Below are positions 29,582 through 40,642 of a stretch of DNA of 64,000 nucleotides, one piece after another. The stretch lies in the NCBI GenBank assembly GCA_965223295.1, contig CBDCWC010000002.1, positions 1,120,001-1,184,000 of the forward strand, in the 5' to 3' direction. A program made the position numbers and the translations under genes. The number at the start of each line of letters is the position of its first letter. Within the stretch, counting starts at the first letter, position 1. Source of the stretch: Nitrospirales bacterium (lineage in GTDB: Bacteria; Nitrospirota; Nitrospiria; Nitrospirales; UBA8639). The notes below the pieces were generated by a model. That model had not been told where the DNA came from. It saw only the letters and a list, made by a program, of their open reading frames with translations, and did no database searches.

Positions 29582-30264
29582 TCAAAGACGCGCGTGGCCC
29601 ATCCTGGCCGCTGCACATCATCCACCACTCCCAAACCAACATACGCAATTTGGGCATCAGCTACCGCTGAAGACAAAACGGTATTTTGCGTATCTAAATC
29701 AATTCGGCGAACAATTCCCTGAATCGTCATTTTTTGTTTTTCACTATTTACTGTCACCTCACGTTTCCCTTGAATACGCAAATCTCCATTAGGAAGGACT
29801 TCGACTACCTTAGCCGCAATGGTTCCAGTCAAACTATCCTGTCGACTGGTTGACCCCTCACCCTCAAACTCATTACCCGTCGTGGCGTTGACATCAAATA
29901 AATCGACAAACTTTTTCCCTAAAGAATGGATCCCAAAGAGGCCCCCACTGGCTCCAGCACTCAGAGTCGCCGCTCGGTCAGCTGTGGTATTCGCCGTCTT
30001 TGAACCGCTATGCTGCTCCTCAATTCTGACGATCACGATATCTCCAATCCGGCTGGCTCGCCGATCCTCAAACATAAATGCCCGGCCGTTGCCAGGTTCC
30101 CATAAGGAACCCAACGACGATGCCTGTTTTTCGGGAATGACAACATCATCCATTTTCATATCAGGAGGCTTTCGCAACTCTGAACAAGCAACGAGTCCAC
30201 TTCCTCCAATAGCGAAAAGCATCCCCCCCACCACCAGCACACGATAAAGATGTGCCTGCTTCAA
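29563..30264 (-). CDS. flgH: Flagellar L-ring lipoprotein
   Basis: Lipobox LVAC, DRRASRIGDIV, VLPNGDL, ADAQIAY. Confidence 0.93.
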   Translation of the reverse strand: MKQAHLYRVLVVGGMLFAIGGSGLVACSELRKPPDMKMDDVVIPEKQASSLGSLWEPGNGRAFMFEDRRASRIGDIVIVRIEEQHSGSKTANTTADRAATLSAGASGGLFGIHSLGKKFVDLFDVNATTGNEFEGEGSTSRQDSLTGTIAAKVVEVLPNGDLRIQGKREVTVNSEKQKMTIQGIVRRIDLDTQNTVLSSAVADAQIAYVGLGVVDDVQRPGWATRVFDWVTPF

Positions 30265-31004
30265 AACCCGACCTCCACCAAACCCGCACTCATGATCGTT
30301 CCCAGCACTTCCCGGCCAGAATTTTTATTTTGAACAGGAATCGTGTCTCCTGATTTTCCTGAGGCTTTGGCCAAACCGATCGTCTGTACCAATAACCCAC
30401 TTCGTCGAACCTCCAGCATCACTCGATCCCCTTTATGAACAAGAGGCGGATCGTCCAACAAGATTTTTCGAATAGGTTGCCGTGGCGGAAGCGGACGAAG
30501 AACTTGTTTTCCAATCACATCATCAAAGTTAAGAATAAAATCATGGGTGAGTGATGGCAAATCAACCGTCATCGCCGTGACATCATCAGCCTCCACAATT
30601 TCTTTCGGTTTAATCCAACGTACAGGCGTACTCACCGTGGCCTGAGCTTTGACCTCTCCCACAACATTCAGAGTCTTGAGAAACTGTCCATTCACAAAGA
30701 GTTCCACCCGAAACGCTCGCCGTCCGGTTCGAGCTCCACCTGAAAATTTCTCAACTTCAAGATGGAGTTTCCCAACTGGCACAAGCAAGGGCTGTTTAGG
30801 AAACAAGATTCGCACATTCACCCGATGATTCGGGCGGCCATATTGGCGAGTCAGTGCAGAATAAATTGCTTGTTCAAAAGCGGAAACAGCTACAGATTGC
30901 TCCCGGCTCTTCACCGATTTCGTATTGGCGGCCCACCCGAATCCGGAGAGGGCCCACCATCCAACTCCAGCACATAGCATTGTCACCAGTAAAATATTTT
31001 TCAT
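30261..31004 (-). CDS. flgA: P-ring formation chaperone
   Basis: Signal peptide, SAF-like region, LVHKGDRV...GDTIPVQNKNSGR. Confidence 0.88.
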   Translation of the reverse strand: MKNILLVTMLCAGVGWWALSGFGWAANTKSVKSREQSVAVSAFEQAIYSALTRQYGRPNHRVNVRILFPKQPLLVPVGKLHLEVEKFSGGARTGRRAFRVELFVNGQFLKTLNVVGEVKAQATVSTPVRWIKPKEIVEADDVTAMTVDLPSLTHDFILNFDDVIGKQVLRPLPPRQPIRKILLDDPPLVHKGDRVMLEVRRSGLLVQTIGLAKASGKSGDTIPVQNKNSGREVLGTIMSAGLVEVGF

Positions 31005-31007
31005 CGT

Positions 31008-31799
31008 TTACCGTCTCAGTGTATTCACGACTTGCATCATGTCATCTGATGCTTGAATCGCTTTGGCATTGAGTTCATAGGCGCGCTGGGCAATGATCAT
31101 ATTCACCATTTCATCTGCAATATTCACATTCGAAATTTCCAGAAATCCTTGCTGGATGAGTCCGAACCCCGTTGAGAATCCAGGGGTCCCTTGTTGGGCA
31201 GGACCAGACGCCGAACTTTCCGTAAACAAATTATTCCCTTGGGCAATTAACCCTGAAGGATTATCAAATCGCACTAACTGAATTTGACCGACTTGAGTAG
31301 CCTGCGAGACACCCGGCAAAAGCGCAGACACCGTACCATCCTGCCCGATATTGACGGTTAAGGCACCGGAAGGAATCGTAATACTCGGGATCAATGGATC
31401 TCCATCACCTGTGACCACATTACCCGTGCTGTCGCTTTTAAACGAGCCAGCCCGCGTGTACATCGTTGAACCATCGGGCCGCGTGACTTGAAAAAATCCA
31501 GCCCCTTCAATCGCAATATCTAGTTCATTAAATGTTTGCTTCAAACTTCCCTGAAGGTATTCTTTCGCGACGGTCACCGGCCGAACACCCAACCCCACCT
31601 GCATCCCAACTGGAAATACGCCAACATTCGAAGCACTCGCCCCCGGCAACCGCGAAATTTGATACAGCAAATCCGCGAACTCTGCGCGACTCCGTTTAAA
31701 GCCAGTGGTATTCACGTTAGCCAAGTTGTGAGCAATCGTATCGATATTAAGTTGTTGGGCAAACATGCCCGTAGAAGCCGTGTGCATTGCTCGGATCAT
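31008..31799 (-). CDS. flgG: Flagellar distal rod protein
   Basis: NLANVNTTGFK, FADLLYQ, QGFLEISNVN, QRAYE. Confidence 0.95.
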   Translation of the reverse strand: MIRAMHTASTGMFAQQLNIDTIAHNLANVNTTGFKRSRAEFADLLYQISRLPGASASNVGVFPVGMQVGLGVRPVTVAKEYLQGSLKQTFNELDIAIEGAGFFQVTRPDGSTMYTRAGSFKSDSTGNVVTGDGDPLIPSITIPSGALTVNIGQDGTVSALLPGVSQATQVGQIQLVRFDNPSGLIAQGNNLFTESSASGPAQQGTPGFSTGFGLIQQGFLEISNVNIADEMVNMIIAQRAYELNAKAIQASDDMMQVVNTLRR

Positions 31800-31913
31800 A
31801 AATGTCGTTCTCCATTTTTTCTTACACTCAACTTCCTCTTTATGCTTATATTCATGATGTTCTTCTTATCCTACTTTCTTACTTTTCACTTTTTATCATG
31901 TACCCGTGATAAC

Positions 31914-32633
31914 TTACGCCTGTACCCGTCCAGCTTGAATCGCTTGACTTGCCATTTCATCCATGGCCTGAATGGCTTTTTGCATTTGTTCAAATTCTCG
32001 GGTCACTTTTATGAGTTCCACCATATCTAACGAAGGATTGACATTGGATTTTTCCAACATACCTTGATGCACCGTTGTCTCTCGTGCAGAGGTTGGCTTC
32101 TCGGGAACCGTCCAATATAAATCTCCTACCTTGGCCACAGACTCGCCCTTAGGAAGTCGATCTAGACGCAAGGTATCTGCTACCACGCCATTCACACTAA
32201 TGTTTCCACCATTATCAATGGCAATTTCTCCTGGCGGCACTTTAACCAGCCCTTTTTTCCCTAATAAAGGATCACCATGATGTGTGACCAAGTTTCCGTT
32301 CAAATTGCGCTGTAGCTTTCCTCCACGATAGTAACGAAGTCCTTCTGGAGTTTGAGCGACCAAAAACCCCTCCCCTTGTAATGCGACGTCTAAACTTTCC
32401 CCGGTATGGTACAACACCCCTTGCGAACGATCGGGCGGCAAGGCATCAATTAATGGAAATAGATCAATGCCAGCTACCGAGGGCCCAGATGTTTGACCAA
32501 GAATGGTGGCAAATACTGGCTTATCCTTTTTATAACCAGTTGTCTGTACATTCCCGATATTATGAGAAAGAATTTCGAGACGACGCTCCAAGGTAATAGC
32601 CCCGGCAAGGGGAGGATAGATACCACGATTCAT
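31914..32633 (-). CDS. flgF: Flagellar proximal rod protein
   Basis: HNIGNVQTTGYK, LDVALQGEGF, LEKSNVN; directly precedes flgG. Confidence 0.88.
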   Translation of the reverse strand: MNRGIYPPLAGAITLERRLEILSHNIGNVQTTGYKKDKPVFATILGQTSGPSVAGIDLFPLIDALPPDRSQGVLYHTGESLDVALQGEGFLVAQTPEGLRYYRGGKLQRNLNGNLVTHHGDPLLGKKGLVKVPPGEIAIDNGGNISVNGVVADTLRLDRLPKGESVAKVGDLYWTVPEKPTSARETTVHQGMLEKSNVNPSLDMVELIKVTREFEQMQKAIQAMDEMASQAIQAGRVQA

Positions 32634-32667
32634 GAAGATCTCCTTTTCGTAGTTTTAAACAAATTTG

Positions 32668-32683
32668 TGCAACGCATGTGCCA
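32668..32683 (-). promoter_or_regulatory. sigma54 promoter of the flgF operon
   Basis: Consensus TGGCAC-ATGCG-TTGCA, 35 bp upstream of the flgF start; IHF-like AATCAATAGCTTT at 32712-32724. Confidence 0.85.
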
Positions 32684-32970
32684 TTGACGGCAGAAAGAAG
32701 ATTTTTCAAAGAAAGCTATTGATTAATCACTCTAGTCAATAATTTTCTCGAAATTCCCACATAAACTCGATCTAACAAGAAAGAACTGGAATTTTTTGCC
32801 TAGAAAAATTTGTGGTTTCGTGAAAACCGAAAAAGCATGTCTTTGATGATCGGCCAGAAACCAATGGGCAGAACTTTCCATCTACGTAGAAACCTGCCTA
32901 GCTGAGCTGAGAAACGTGCGAAGGAAAAAGTAAGGAGTGGATCTTTCCCTGACTTTTAGGGTTCCCTTGT

Positions 32971-33711
32971 TTAGGGGAGGAACGGGTGAGACTCTAATGC
33001 ACGAGGGTTCGTGTCACGCAACACGATCATTTCCACGCGGCGATTTGAGGCCTGCCCCTCTGCAGTGTCATTAGAATGGATGGGACGAGTACCTGCAAAT
33101 CCCGTTGATGAAAATCGATTGGGTTGCAACTCATGAAACTCTGTAAAATACCGAACTAACCTATTGGCTCTTGAAGTAGAAAGATCCCAGTTTGAAGGAA
33201 AGACCGCCGTTCGAATGGGTTGGTTATCAGTGTGCCCCTCCACCGCAATAAGATTCGGTAAATCCTTAACCAATCCGGCAATTAAATCCAGAAACTCTTC
33301 AATCTGAGGATTCAAGTCTGCGCTGCCACTCGTAAATAAGGCATCATCCGAAATCCGAATACTCAACCCACGATCGGTAGAGGAGATTTTCACGCCTTTT
33401 GGCACTTTTGCCGCCGTAATAGCATTGGCCACTTTTAAGTAGGCACGGGAATTATCTTTAGATTTTTGTTGTTCCTGTACGACAATCTGTCGGCTTTTTG
33501 AAACGGGCAGATCCATAATCGTCAGCTTACCAACCGGTTTCGTGTTAGAGAATGAATTAGAAAGTGAATTACTCAAAACTTTGTATTTACCCTCATTGAC
33601 TGAGGACACGGCATACATCACCACGAAAAAAGCAAACAAGAGTGTAATGAAGTCAGCATACGAAACGAGCCATCGCTCATGGTTTTCATGCTCTTCATGT
33701 TTTTTCTTCAT
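32971..33711 (-). CDS. motB: Flagellar stator protein MotB (MotD-like)
   Basis: WLVSYADFITLL with the critical Asp; OmpA-like EGHTDN, NRRVE. Confidence 0.93.
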   Translation of the reverse strand: MKKKHEEHENHERWLVSYADFITLLFAFFVVMYAVSSVNEGKYKVLSNSLSNSFSNTKPVGKLTIMDLPVSKSRQIVVQEQQKSKDNSRAYLKVANAITAAKVPKGVKISSTDRGLSIRISDDALFTSGSADLNPQIEEFLDLIAGLVKDLPNLIAVEGHTDNQPIRTAVFPSNWDLSTSRANRLVRYFTEFHELQPNRFSSTGFAGTRPIHSNDTAEGQASNRRVEMIVLRDTNPRALESHPFLP

Positions 33712-33748
33712 GGATTAATTAACCTCGTCTCTGACGAAGTGATATATT

Positions 33749-34507
33749 TCATTTCTTTTTCTGCGAACTCGGAAGAAACCCGCTCAACTTTTCTTCAATC
33801 ATTCGAGGATTTTCGCCCTGCGCAACACTTAACAGTCCTTCTATCACCATTAGTTTCCCGGCGATGAGATCCTTTGCCTTAATCTTGATTTTATTTCCCA
33901 TTGGCAGAAAAATGAGATTCGCGAGCCCCACACCATACACGGTCGCCACGAATGCTACGGCAATTCCACCGCCTAACGCCGAAGGATCCGCCAGATTTTC
34001 CATCACATGAATTAACCCTAACACGGCCCCAATGATTCCCACACACGGTGCATATCCTCCAAACGCTTCATACACTTTTGCATAAGACGTATATTCATCT
34101 TCAAGTACACCAAGTTCCACTTCAAGAATTTCTCTGATCTTTGGCGGCTCTGTTCCATCCACGACCAATTGCACACCTTTGGCCATAAATGGATCATTGA
34201 TATTCTTCATCTGTCCTTCCAATGCCAGCAGTCCCTGCTTGCGACTCACATTGGAGAGTTCCACAATCTTGGTGATGACCCCTTTCATATCCACACTAAC
34301 ATTGCCAAAAACCATCCCGGCGGCTCCAAGCGACTTCAAAAAAATATTGAGAGGAAACTGGAGCATGACGGCTCCTATTGTCCCGCCAAATACAATGAGA
34401 AATGCCGTAAATTGAAGAATGGAACTTAAGTGGCCGCCTTCTAAATGTTGTCCACCAACAATGGCGCCAATGGCCACAATAATTCCCAGCACCGATAAAA
34501 TATCCAT
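33749..34507 (-). CDS. motA: Flagellar stator protein MotA (MotC-like)
   Basis: RKQGLLALE, GIIGAVLGLI, AFVATVYG, GENPR. Confidence 0.93.
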   Translation of the reverse strand: MDILSVLGIIVAIGAIVGGQHLEGGHLSSILQFTAFLIVFGGTIGAVMLQFPLNIFLKSLGAAGMVFGNVSVDMKGVITKIVELSNVSRKQGLLALEGQMKNINDPFMAKGVQLVVDGTEPPKIREILEVELGVLEDEYTSYAKVYEAFGGYAPCVGIIGAVLGLIHVMENLADPSALGGGIAVAFVATVYGVGLANLIFLPMGNKIKIKAKDLIAGKLMVIEGLLSVAQGENPRMIEEKLSGFLPSSQKKK

Positions 34508-34522
34508 TCCGGCTTACTCTCC

Positions 34523-35008
34523 TTACCCAACAGACTCGATGCCAAAGAGCTGGTCTAAATTCAACAAGACTAGCAACCGTCCTTCCACACGCCCAACGCC
34601 TTTATGAAAATCATTAGTAGTTCCTCGGTTAGCCGAGGAAGAGGGTTCAATAAATTCCTCAGGAAGTCGAAGCACTTCTTCCACTGAATCAACAATGAAT
34701 CCGAGTATCAAGTGCCCCACTTCCACCACAACAATACGCGTGTCTTTCGTCGGTTCCGCGGTGGACAAACCTAAGCGGGTGCGAAGATTAATAATTGGAA
34801 TGACTTTTCCGCGAAGGTTCACCACTCCTTCGACATAATGTGGGGCATTGGGAACATGTGTAATTTCTACCAACCGAATAATTTCCTGGACACTCAGAAT
34901 ATCGATGGCATATTCCTCTGGCCCTAATTGAAAACTGACCAACTGCAGCACCTCACCAGTTTCCTCATAGGCTTCATCATGAGGGACAGTATTCGTTACG
35001 GCATTCAT
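34523..35008 (-). CDS. cheW: Chemotaxis coupling protein CheW
   Basis: VQEII, GVVNLRGKVIP, VDSVEEV. Confidence 0.93.
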   Translation of the reverse strand: MNAVTNTVPHDEAYEETGEVLQLVSFQLGPEEYAIDILSVQEIIRLVEITHVPNAPHYVEGVVNLRGKVIPIINLRTRLGLSTAEPTKDTRIVVVEVGHLILGFIVDSVEEVLRLPEEFIEPSSSANRGTTNDFHKGVGRVEGRLLVLLNLDQLFGIESVG

Positions 35009-35095
35009 AATGGATCAAGCCTCCCCACCTGGTTATAATTCGCAAACATCAGTGCCACAATATAGTGAATATGTGCATCTTCCATATCTTGTCTA

Positions 35096-36253
35096 CTACC
35101 TACTGACAAGAGCAAAAGAATCAACTGCCTGCCTTAATGCAGGACCAATTTCCACATCCGCCAGAACGGCGTCGGCCAATCCTGCCTCATACACAGCCCG
35201 TGGCATTCCATAAATCAAGGAGCTGGATTCATCTTGAATCAAGACAATACCTCCGTTCTCCTTAATTTTTTGACATCCAACCACTCCATCATTACCCATT
35301 CCTGTGAGAACCAGACCCACGGTCGCTCCGCCAAACTGTTCGGCGGCTGAAGTCATTGCACAATCAACCGAAGGCCGATAAGGATATCCTAGTGACTCAG
35401 ATTCAAGTTTAATGAAAACTCGACCATCAAGCTGGCGAGTCATCGATACATGATGAGCGCCAGGCGCCACCCAACCGACTCCAGGTAACAACTCATCTCC
35501 ATCCTGTGCTTCGCAAATGGGTATATTGGCTAACGCATTGAGATGTTCTGCAAAGAATTTGGTATAGAACTTTGGCATGTGTTGAACAATCAGCAATGCC
35601 GCGGAAAAGGATGGCGGCAATTCCTTGATGAGGCGACTCAACAGGTTCGGCCCCCCAGTCGACGCACCAATCACGGCAAGAGGAAATGTGCCTGACTTCA
35701 ACGACTTAGAGTTTTCCATCAATGGAAGTTGCGTGGAATGTCTCCTCCGAGAGAACCGCTGAAGGTTTCTGTCCGAAGACACCTGACCCTGCATCCCTTT
35801 TTGTGGAATTTTGTTCGACCGAAACATTGGCAGGCGATCCCGCATTCGATAAGCCTCACGAACTTTAGCCGGCAAGACCTCTTCGATCGACCCTAATTCA
35901 GATCGAGACTCATTCATCGGCTTTGGGATAAAATCCACGGCGCCTCGTTCAAGGGCTTGAAGCGTTGCTGTCGCTCCTTCTTCTGTAACCCCGCTTACCA
36001 TAATTGTTGGGAGTGAATGATCAGGCATCATTTTCTCCAACACTTCCAAACCATTCATACCTGGCATTTCAATATCAAGAGTCATGACATCCGGCTGAGT
36101 GTGTTGGATTTGCTCAATGGCCTCATATCCATTTTTTGCGGTTCCCACGATCTTCATATCTGGACATTTCATCAACATCATGGAAAGCCTATTGCGCATA
36201 AACTCGGAATCATCAACAATTAGGACACGAATAGGCTGATCGTTGTTGGCCAT
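35096..36253 (-). CDS. cheB: Chemotaxis methylesterase CheB
   Basis: REC domain + GASTGG, QHMP, GMGNDG; start set at MANND. Confidence 0.93.
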   Translation of the reverse strand: MANNDQPIRVLIVDDSEFMRNRLSMMLMKCPDMKIVGTAKNGYEAIEQIQHTQPDVMTLDIEMPGMNGLEVLEKMMPDHSLPTIMVSGVTEEGATATLQALERGAVDFIPKPMNESRSELGSIEEVLPAKVREAYRMRDRLPMFRSNKIPQKGMQGQVSSDRNLQRFSRRRHSTQLPLMENSKSLKSGTFPLAVIGASTGGPNLLSRLIKELPPSFSAALLIVQHMPKFYTKFFAEHLNALANIPICEAQDGDELLPGVGWVAPGAHHVSMTRQLDGRVFIKLESESLGYPYRPSVDCAMTSAAEQFGGATVGLVLTGMGNDGVVGCQKIKENGGIVLIQDESSSLIYGMPRAVYEAGLADAVLADVEIGPALRQAVDSFALVSR

Positions 36254-36430
36254 AACAATGGATCGCGACGAGTTTAGAACGAGCAAAGACCGCTACTAAC
36301 CAAGCTCAATCTGCAACAACAACAAACATCCTCCTTTAACTTCATCGATTGGCTCCTTGAGACACCGATATCCACTCTGATAGGGTGCAGAATATTATTC
36401 TTATTTTTCTTATGATAAAGGACATTCATT

Positions 36431-36691
36431 ATGGACCGACCAGCCAGTGCACAAGCCGAACGCTTATTGCTTGATGCCAAAAAAGCCATTCTTCAAGAAC
36501 AACATCAACGGTTTCAAGATCTTCAACGGGAAGAGCGTTGGGATGATGCCTGGAAACAACTCCATGTCACCTTGACCTGTGCAGCAGATCTACTGAAAGA
36601 CTCGGTCGGCTTGCTAGAAAAGGTCGTGACGGAAAAAAAACCACTCCCACCTTCATCGACATCTCCATCTGAACCTCCACTCTCTCACTAG
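36431..36691 (+). CDS. Small helical hypothetical protein
   Basis: RBS AAGGA before ATG; occupies its own gap, divergent from cheB. Confidence 0.6.
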   Translation: MDRPASAQAERLLLDAKKAILQEQHQRFQDLQREERWDDAWKQLHVTLTCAADLLKDSVGLLEKVVTEKKPLPPSSTSPSEPPLSH

Positions 36692-36727
36692 AGCGGAGAA
36701 AAAATTCTTATTCCTAGACTACGTAAA

Positions 36728-36746
36728 GGGGAGGCATCGCCTCCCC
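36728..36746 (-). terminator. Hairpin terminator after the MCP
   Basis: GGGGAGGC-3nt-GCCTCCCC followed by a short T run on the minus strand; lies between convergent genes. Confidence 0.6.
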
Positions 36747-36749
36747 ACC

Positions 36750-38459
36750 TTAAACCTTAAAGCTATTCACCGTTCTCTGAAGATCGCCTGCTAAGGCACT
36801 GAGGTCATGACAGGCTTGAGCAGACTCAGCAATGCCACTTGTTGTCTGACGTGTGTTTTCTGTCATGGCCTCTAAATCTCTCGCAATCTGTCGCGTGGCA
36901 TTTGATTGTTCTTCAGCCGCACTGGCAATTTGTTGAATCATGCCAGAGGTGGCACTAATCATCTCATGAATCTTCGAAAGAGCTTCTCCGGTTTTATTGG
37001 CTAATTCTACCCCTTGAACCACTTGGTTAGTCCCTTCTTCCATAGAAGCCACCGCACTCTTGGTGTCTTGCTGAATCTGTCGAATCATATCACCAATCTC
37101 TTTTGTCGCCTTTGTCGTCCGTTCAGCTAATTTACGAACTTCATCGGCCACAACAGCAAATCCACGGCCTTGGTCGCCCGCACGTGCCGCTTCGATAGCG
37201 GCATTGAGGGCCAACAGGTTCGTTTGATCCGCAATATCTTCAATTACCCGCACAATTTCTCCGATTTGATCTGAGGACCGCCCCAAGGTGGTAATAATAT
37301 TTGCCGCCTGGACCACGGCTTCAGACACTTGTTGCATCCCCGTGACTGTTTGCGTCATCACGTCTTGTCCACTTCGTGCGGTCTCAGCCGTTTCCTGTGC
37401 AATCCGTGCCGCTTCGGTGGAGTTACGAGCTACTTCGCCAGCCGTCATGGTCATCTCTTCCACAGCTGATGCAGATTGAACCGCTCTGGCATCTTGCCCT
37501 TCCGCTGCGCGAACGACCCGATCAGCAGTTGAAGACAATTCTACAGTGGAGGCAGCCAACCGATTAGTGGACTGACCAACAAGCGAGAGGGCACCATGCA
37601 TTTTCTGGATAAATAAATTAAAGTCATGCGCCAAATCAGTAATTTCATCTGAACCACTTCCAACAGGGACTTGCCTCGTCAAATCCCCTCTTCCTTCAGC
37701 AATATCATGAGAGATGGCTGCCAAGGCATGGAGAGGCTTCAAGACAAACAGATGAATAAGCCAGTACACCGCAACAAGAAATACCGCAATGATCCCAATC
37801 ATCCACAAACCCGAATACATCACAGAACTTTGCATGGAAGCCTGGGCTTGAGACATGGGAATCGCCACGGATAACATGCCGATCACATCTCCAATTTTTT
37901 TCCCTGCATGGCATCCCACACAGGCCTCTACAGACGCCTTATCCGCACTAGCTCGCAAAAACGTTGGCACGCCGTTGACCACTTGCACATCACTAAAACT
38001 ATCAGCTCCATTCTTAATTAACTCCATCGCTTTGACTTCAAAGCCTTCCTTCGGCGCATTCGCGGGATTCATGGGTTGATCACTCACCAGGCGAGCCATG
38101 TAGATTCCCTGTCCAGCCAGTTCTTCTCCAATTTCTTGAGTCGCGGTAGCTGGAAATGGAACGGCTGCGGGATCTTGCTCATATTCCCGTGAGATATGAA
38201 GATCTGAACCCAGAGAAGATTTTTTTAACTTTCCCACATAATTTTTTGCAATATAGGCTCGCGTGACTTCAATTTGTGCTTGGATAATTTTCCCTTCTTC
38301 TTCCAATAACGTTCGCATTCGTCCTTCTTCTTGCTGATAAATCCCCCAGAGAACACAAATAATTAAGATCGTTGCCATGACAGCAAGGGACAATACAAAT
38401 TTTTGTCCGAGTCTCAAATTCCCCATACTGTACTCCTCGCTAAATGTTTCACCATTCAA
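36750..38459 (-). CDS. Chemoreceptor with periplasmic c-type haem sensor (DUF3365/Tll0287-like)
   Basis: Two TM segments, [13 protein letters not shown] haem motif, [24 protein letters not shown]. Confidence 0.9.
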   Translation of the reverse strand: MNGETFSEEYSMGNLRLGQKFVLSLAVMATILIICVLWGIYQQEEGRMRTLLEEEGKIIQAQIEVTRAYIAKNYVGKLKKSSLGSDLHISREYEQDPAAVPFPATATQEIGEELAGQGIYMARLVSDQPMNPANAPKEGFEVKAMELIKNGADSFSDVQVVNGVPTFLRASADKASVEACVGCHAGKKIGDVIGMLSVAIPMSQAQASMQSSVMYSGLWMIGIIAVFLVAVYWLIHLFVLKPLHALAAISHDIAEGRGDLTRQVPVGSGSDEITDLAHDFNLFIQKMHGALSLVGQSTNRLAASTVELSSTADRVVRAAEGQDARAVQSASAVEEMTMTAGEVARNSTEAARIAQETAETARSGQDVMTQTVTGMQQVSEAVVQAANIITTLGRSSDQIGEIVRVIEDIADQTNLLALNAAIEAARAGDQGRGFAVVADEVRKLAERTTKATKEIGDMIRQIQQDTKSAVASMEEGTNQVVQGVELANKTGEALSKIHEMISATSGMIQQIASAAEEQSNATRQIARDLEAMTENTRQTTSGIAESAQACHDLSALAGDLQRTVNSFKV

Positions 38460-40567
38460 TCACTGCATTTTGATTTCAAAGTAAACCGGCTCAGTGACAT
38501 CTGTAGATCTGCGGCCAATCCCGCAAATTGTTGTGTTGCCGTGGCTACCCCCTGCACATGACCTTCATTTTCTTGGCTGAGTTGTGCTACTTGTTGAATA
38601 CTGGAAGATAGCTGGCCAGAGATATCCGATTGTTTCTGAGTGGATCCCGCAAACTGTTGAATCATCCCGACAACCTGTTGAACTCCATTGACAATTTCTG
38701 TCAGTCGACTACCAGCCTCGCGGGCTAACGCCATTCCATTATGAGCTTCCTGAGTGCCGGCTTCCATGGAACTCACAGCCTCATTCGTGCCTTTTTGCAC
38801 CGATTCAATAACGGTAGCAATTTCTTTTGTGGATTTCCCGGTCCGCTCCGCTAACTTCCTCACTTCATCGGCGACCACGGCAAACCCTCGACCTTGATCC
38901 CCAGCCCGGGCAGCTTCGATCGCGGCATTTAATGCTAAGAGATTCGTCTGTTCGGCAATATCTTCGATGACTCCAATAATGTCGCCAATTTCCTGGGAAC
39001 GCTTTCCTAATGATTGAATATGACTTGCCGACTCCTGCATACGACTGGAAACCGATTCCATTCCTTGAATAGACGAGGAAACAATTTCTCCACCACGCAC
39101 AGCTGATTCATTCACTTCAGTTGCCGTCACAGCCAATCCTTGAGTATTCCGAGCCATATCTCCAGCTGTGGAAGCCACCTTTTCTACGGACGTGGCGACT
39201 TGCGTGGCTTGATTGAGTTGCGATTGACTCACTTGAACGACTTGTTGTCCAACCGCCGACAATTCGTCAGACGCATAGGATAAAGAATGCGCGACTTCCT
39301 GCGTTTGAAGCAACATGCCATTTAATTGGTCCAATAAGTGATTCAAAGCATCTCCCATTTGTCCCAACTCATCTTGCGTGGTCACAGAAACTCGATGGGT
39401 TAAATCGCCTTCGGAAGCCTTCGCAGCAACTTCCCAAAATGGCTTTAACCGGCTAATCACTTTCCGCCCCATCACAATGCCAATTGGAACAACGACAAGC
39501 AATCCCACAAACATTTCTAAAAGTGTCTTATTGGTAATAGCGGTCACTTGCTTGAAGGCTTCTTCCTCAGGAATCTGCACCAGAATAGACCAATGCAGTC
39601 CCTGAAACCCTTTGCCTTCCCGAAGATGACTAAAGCCAATGATCTGTTGACTTTGTTTACTCGGATGAAAATTCCTTGAAAAGCCTGACTGCCCCTGTAC
39701 CGCCGACTGTGCCGCTTCCAAACCCAGTTGTGCTAAATTTGTACGAAACAACACATTATCAAAATCATGAACCACTTCTTCAGTTTGATGAACGGCTGGG
39801 GCATAATCCACGATCGTGAACCCTTGACCATTCTGCAATGTCAGTTCTGCACCAGGAAACCCAGCTTTCTTCAGACGTTGATACGCCTGCTGAATAATCT
39901 GTTCCACCATCGAATATTTCATACGTTGGGACCAATACCCCACAATTTTTCCATGATCATACAGAGGAATCGACAACCCAACCGTCAGTCCACTGTCATT
40001 TGGAAAACTATTAACAACATCCCGATCCACCGCGACATCCTCAACAAAGACCGGGGCATCAGAAGCAGAGGAACCACCGCTTTGCTTGAGAGCCTGAAAC
40101 CAGACCGTTGAGCGGTAACTGTTTCCATATAACCGTTCAGTCGCAAGAGGTTGACCCTGACTATCTTGATTATTCACCGCAATAAGTTGTCCCTCTCGAT
40201 CCACTATCTGTATCAAGTGATAAGCTCCAGAGGTTTGAACATATTCATTCAAGACCTCCACAATTTCGTTGGTTTGATGTTCAGGCTGATACCACAGTGT
40301 GCGATCACGAAAGATTCGGTTTCGACTCATGGTTTGCGCATCAACATACCGCTCACCGAGATACTGTTGAATTGTATTGGCTAAACCCTCAGCCACCGCT
40401 TGATATTGAGCGCCTACTTCTTCTTTTAAAACGGCTGCTGTTTCAAAGAGCGAATACACTTGAACGCTTAAAGGAATCAGCGAAAAAAAGACAAGAATGG
40501 AGACAAGCTTGCTCGTAATGCCAATATTTCGAAAACAATTCATCATGTTCATATCTGATCTTTCCAT
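38456..40567 (-). CDS. Chemoreceptor with Cache-like periplasmic domain
   Basis: Two TM segments, HAMP, MCP hairpin motif. Confidence 0.92.
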   Translation of the reverse strand: MERSDMNMMNCFRNIGITSKLVSILVFFSLIPLSVQVYSLFETAAVLKEEVGAQYQAVAEGLANTIQQYLGERYVDAQTMSRNRIFRDRTLWYQPEHQTNEIVEVLNEYVQTSGAYHLIQIVDREGQLIAVNNQDSQGQPLATERLYGNSYRSTVWFQALKQSGGSSASDAPVFVEDVAVDRDVVNSFPNDSGLTVGLSIPLYDHGKIVGYWSQRMKYSMVEQIIQQAYQRLKKAGFPGAELTLQNGQGFTIVDYAPAVHQTEEVVHDFDNVLFRTNLAQLGLEAAQSAVQGQSGFSRNFHPSKQSQQIIGFSHLREGKGFQGLHWSILVQIPEEEAFKQVTAITNKTLLEMFVGLLVVVPIGIVMGRKVISRLKPFWEVAAKASEGDLTHRVSVTTQDELGQMGDALNHLLDQLNGMLLQTQEVAHSLSYASDELSAVGQQVVQVSQSQLNQATQVATSVEKVASTAGDMARNTQGLAVTATEVNESAVRGGEIVSSSIQGMESVSSRMQESASHIQSLGKRSQEIGDIIGVIEDIAEQTNLLALNAAIEAARAGDQGRGFAVVADEVRKLAERTGKSTKEIATVIESVQKGTNEAVSSMEAGTQEAHNGMALAREAGSRLTEIVNGVQQVVGMIQQFAGSTQKQSDISGQLSSSIQQVAQLSQENEGHVQGVATATQQFAGLAADLQMSLSRFTLKSKCSD

Positions 40568-40642
40568 CTAATTGTCGTTGGACAACGTCGCTTCACATGG
40601 AATAGAAACGCGTTGAATTCGTGGTTAATCAATGCCATTTCG

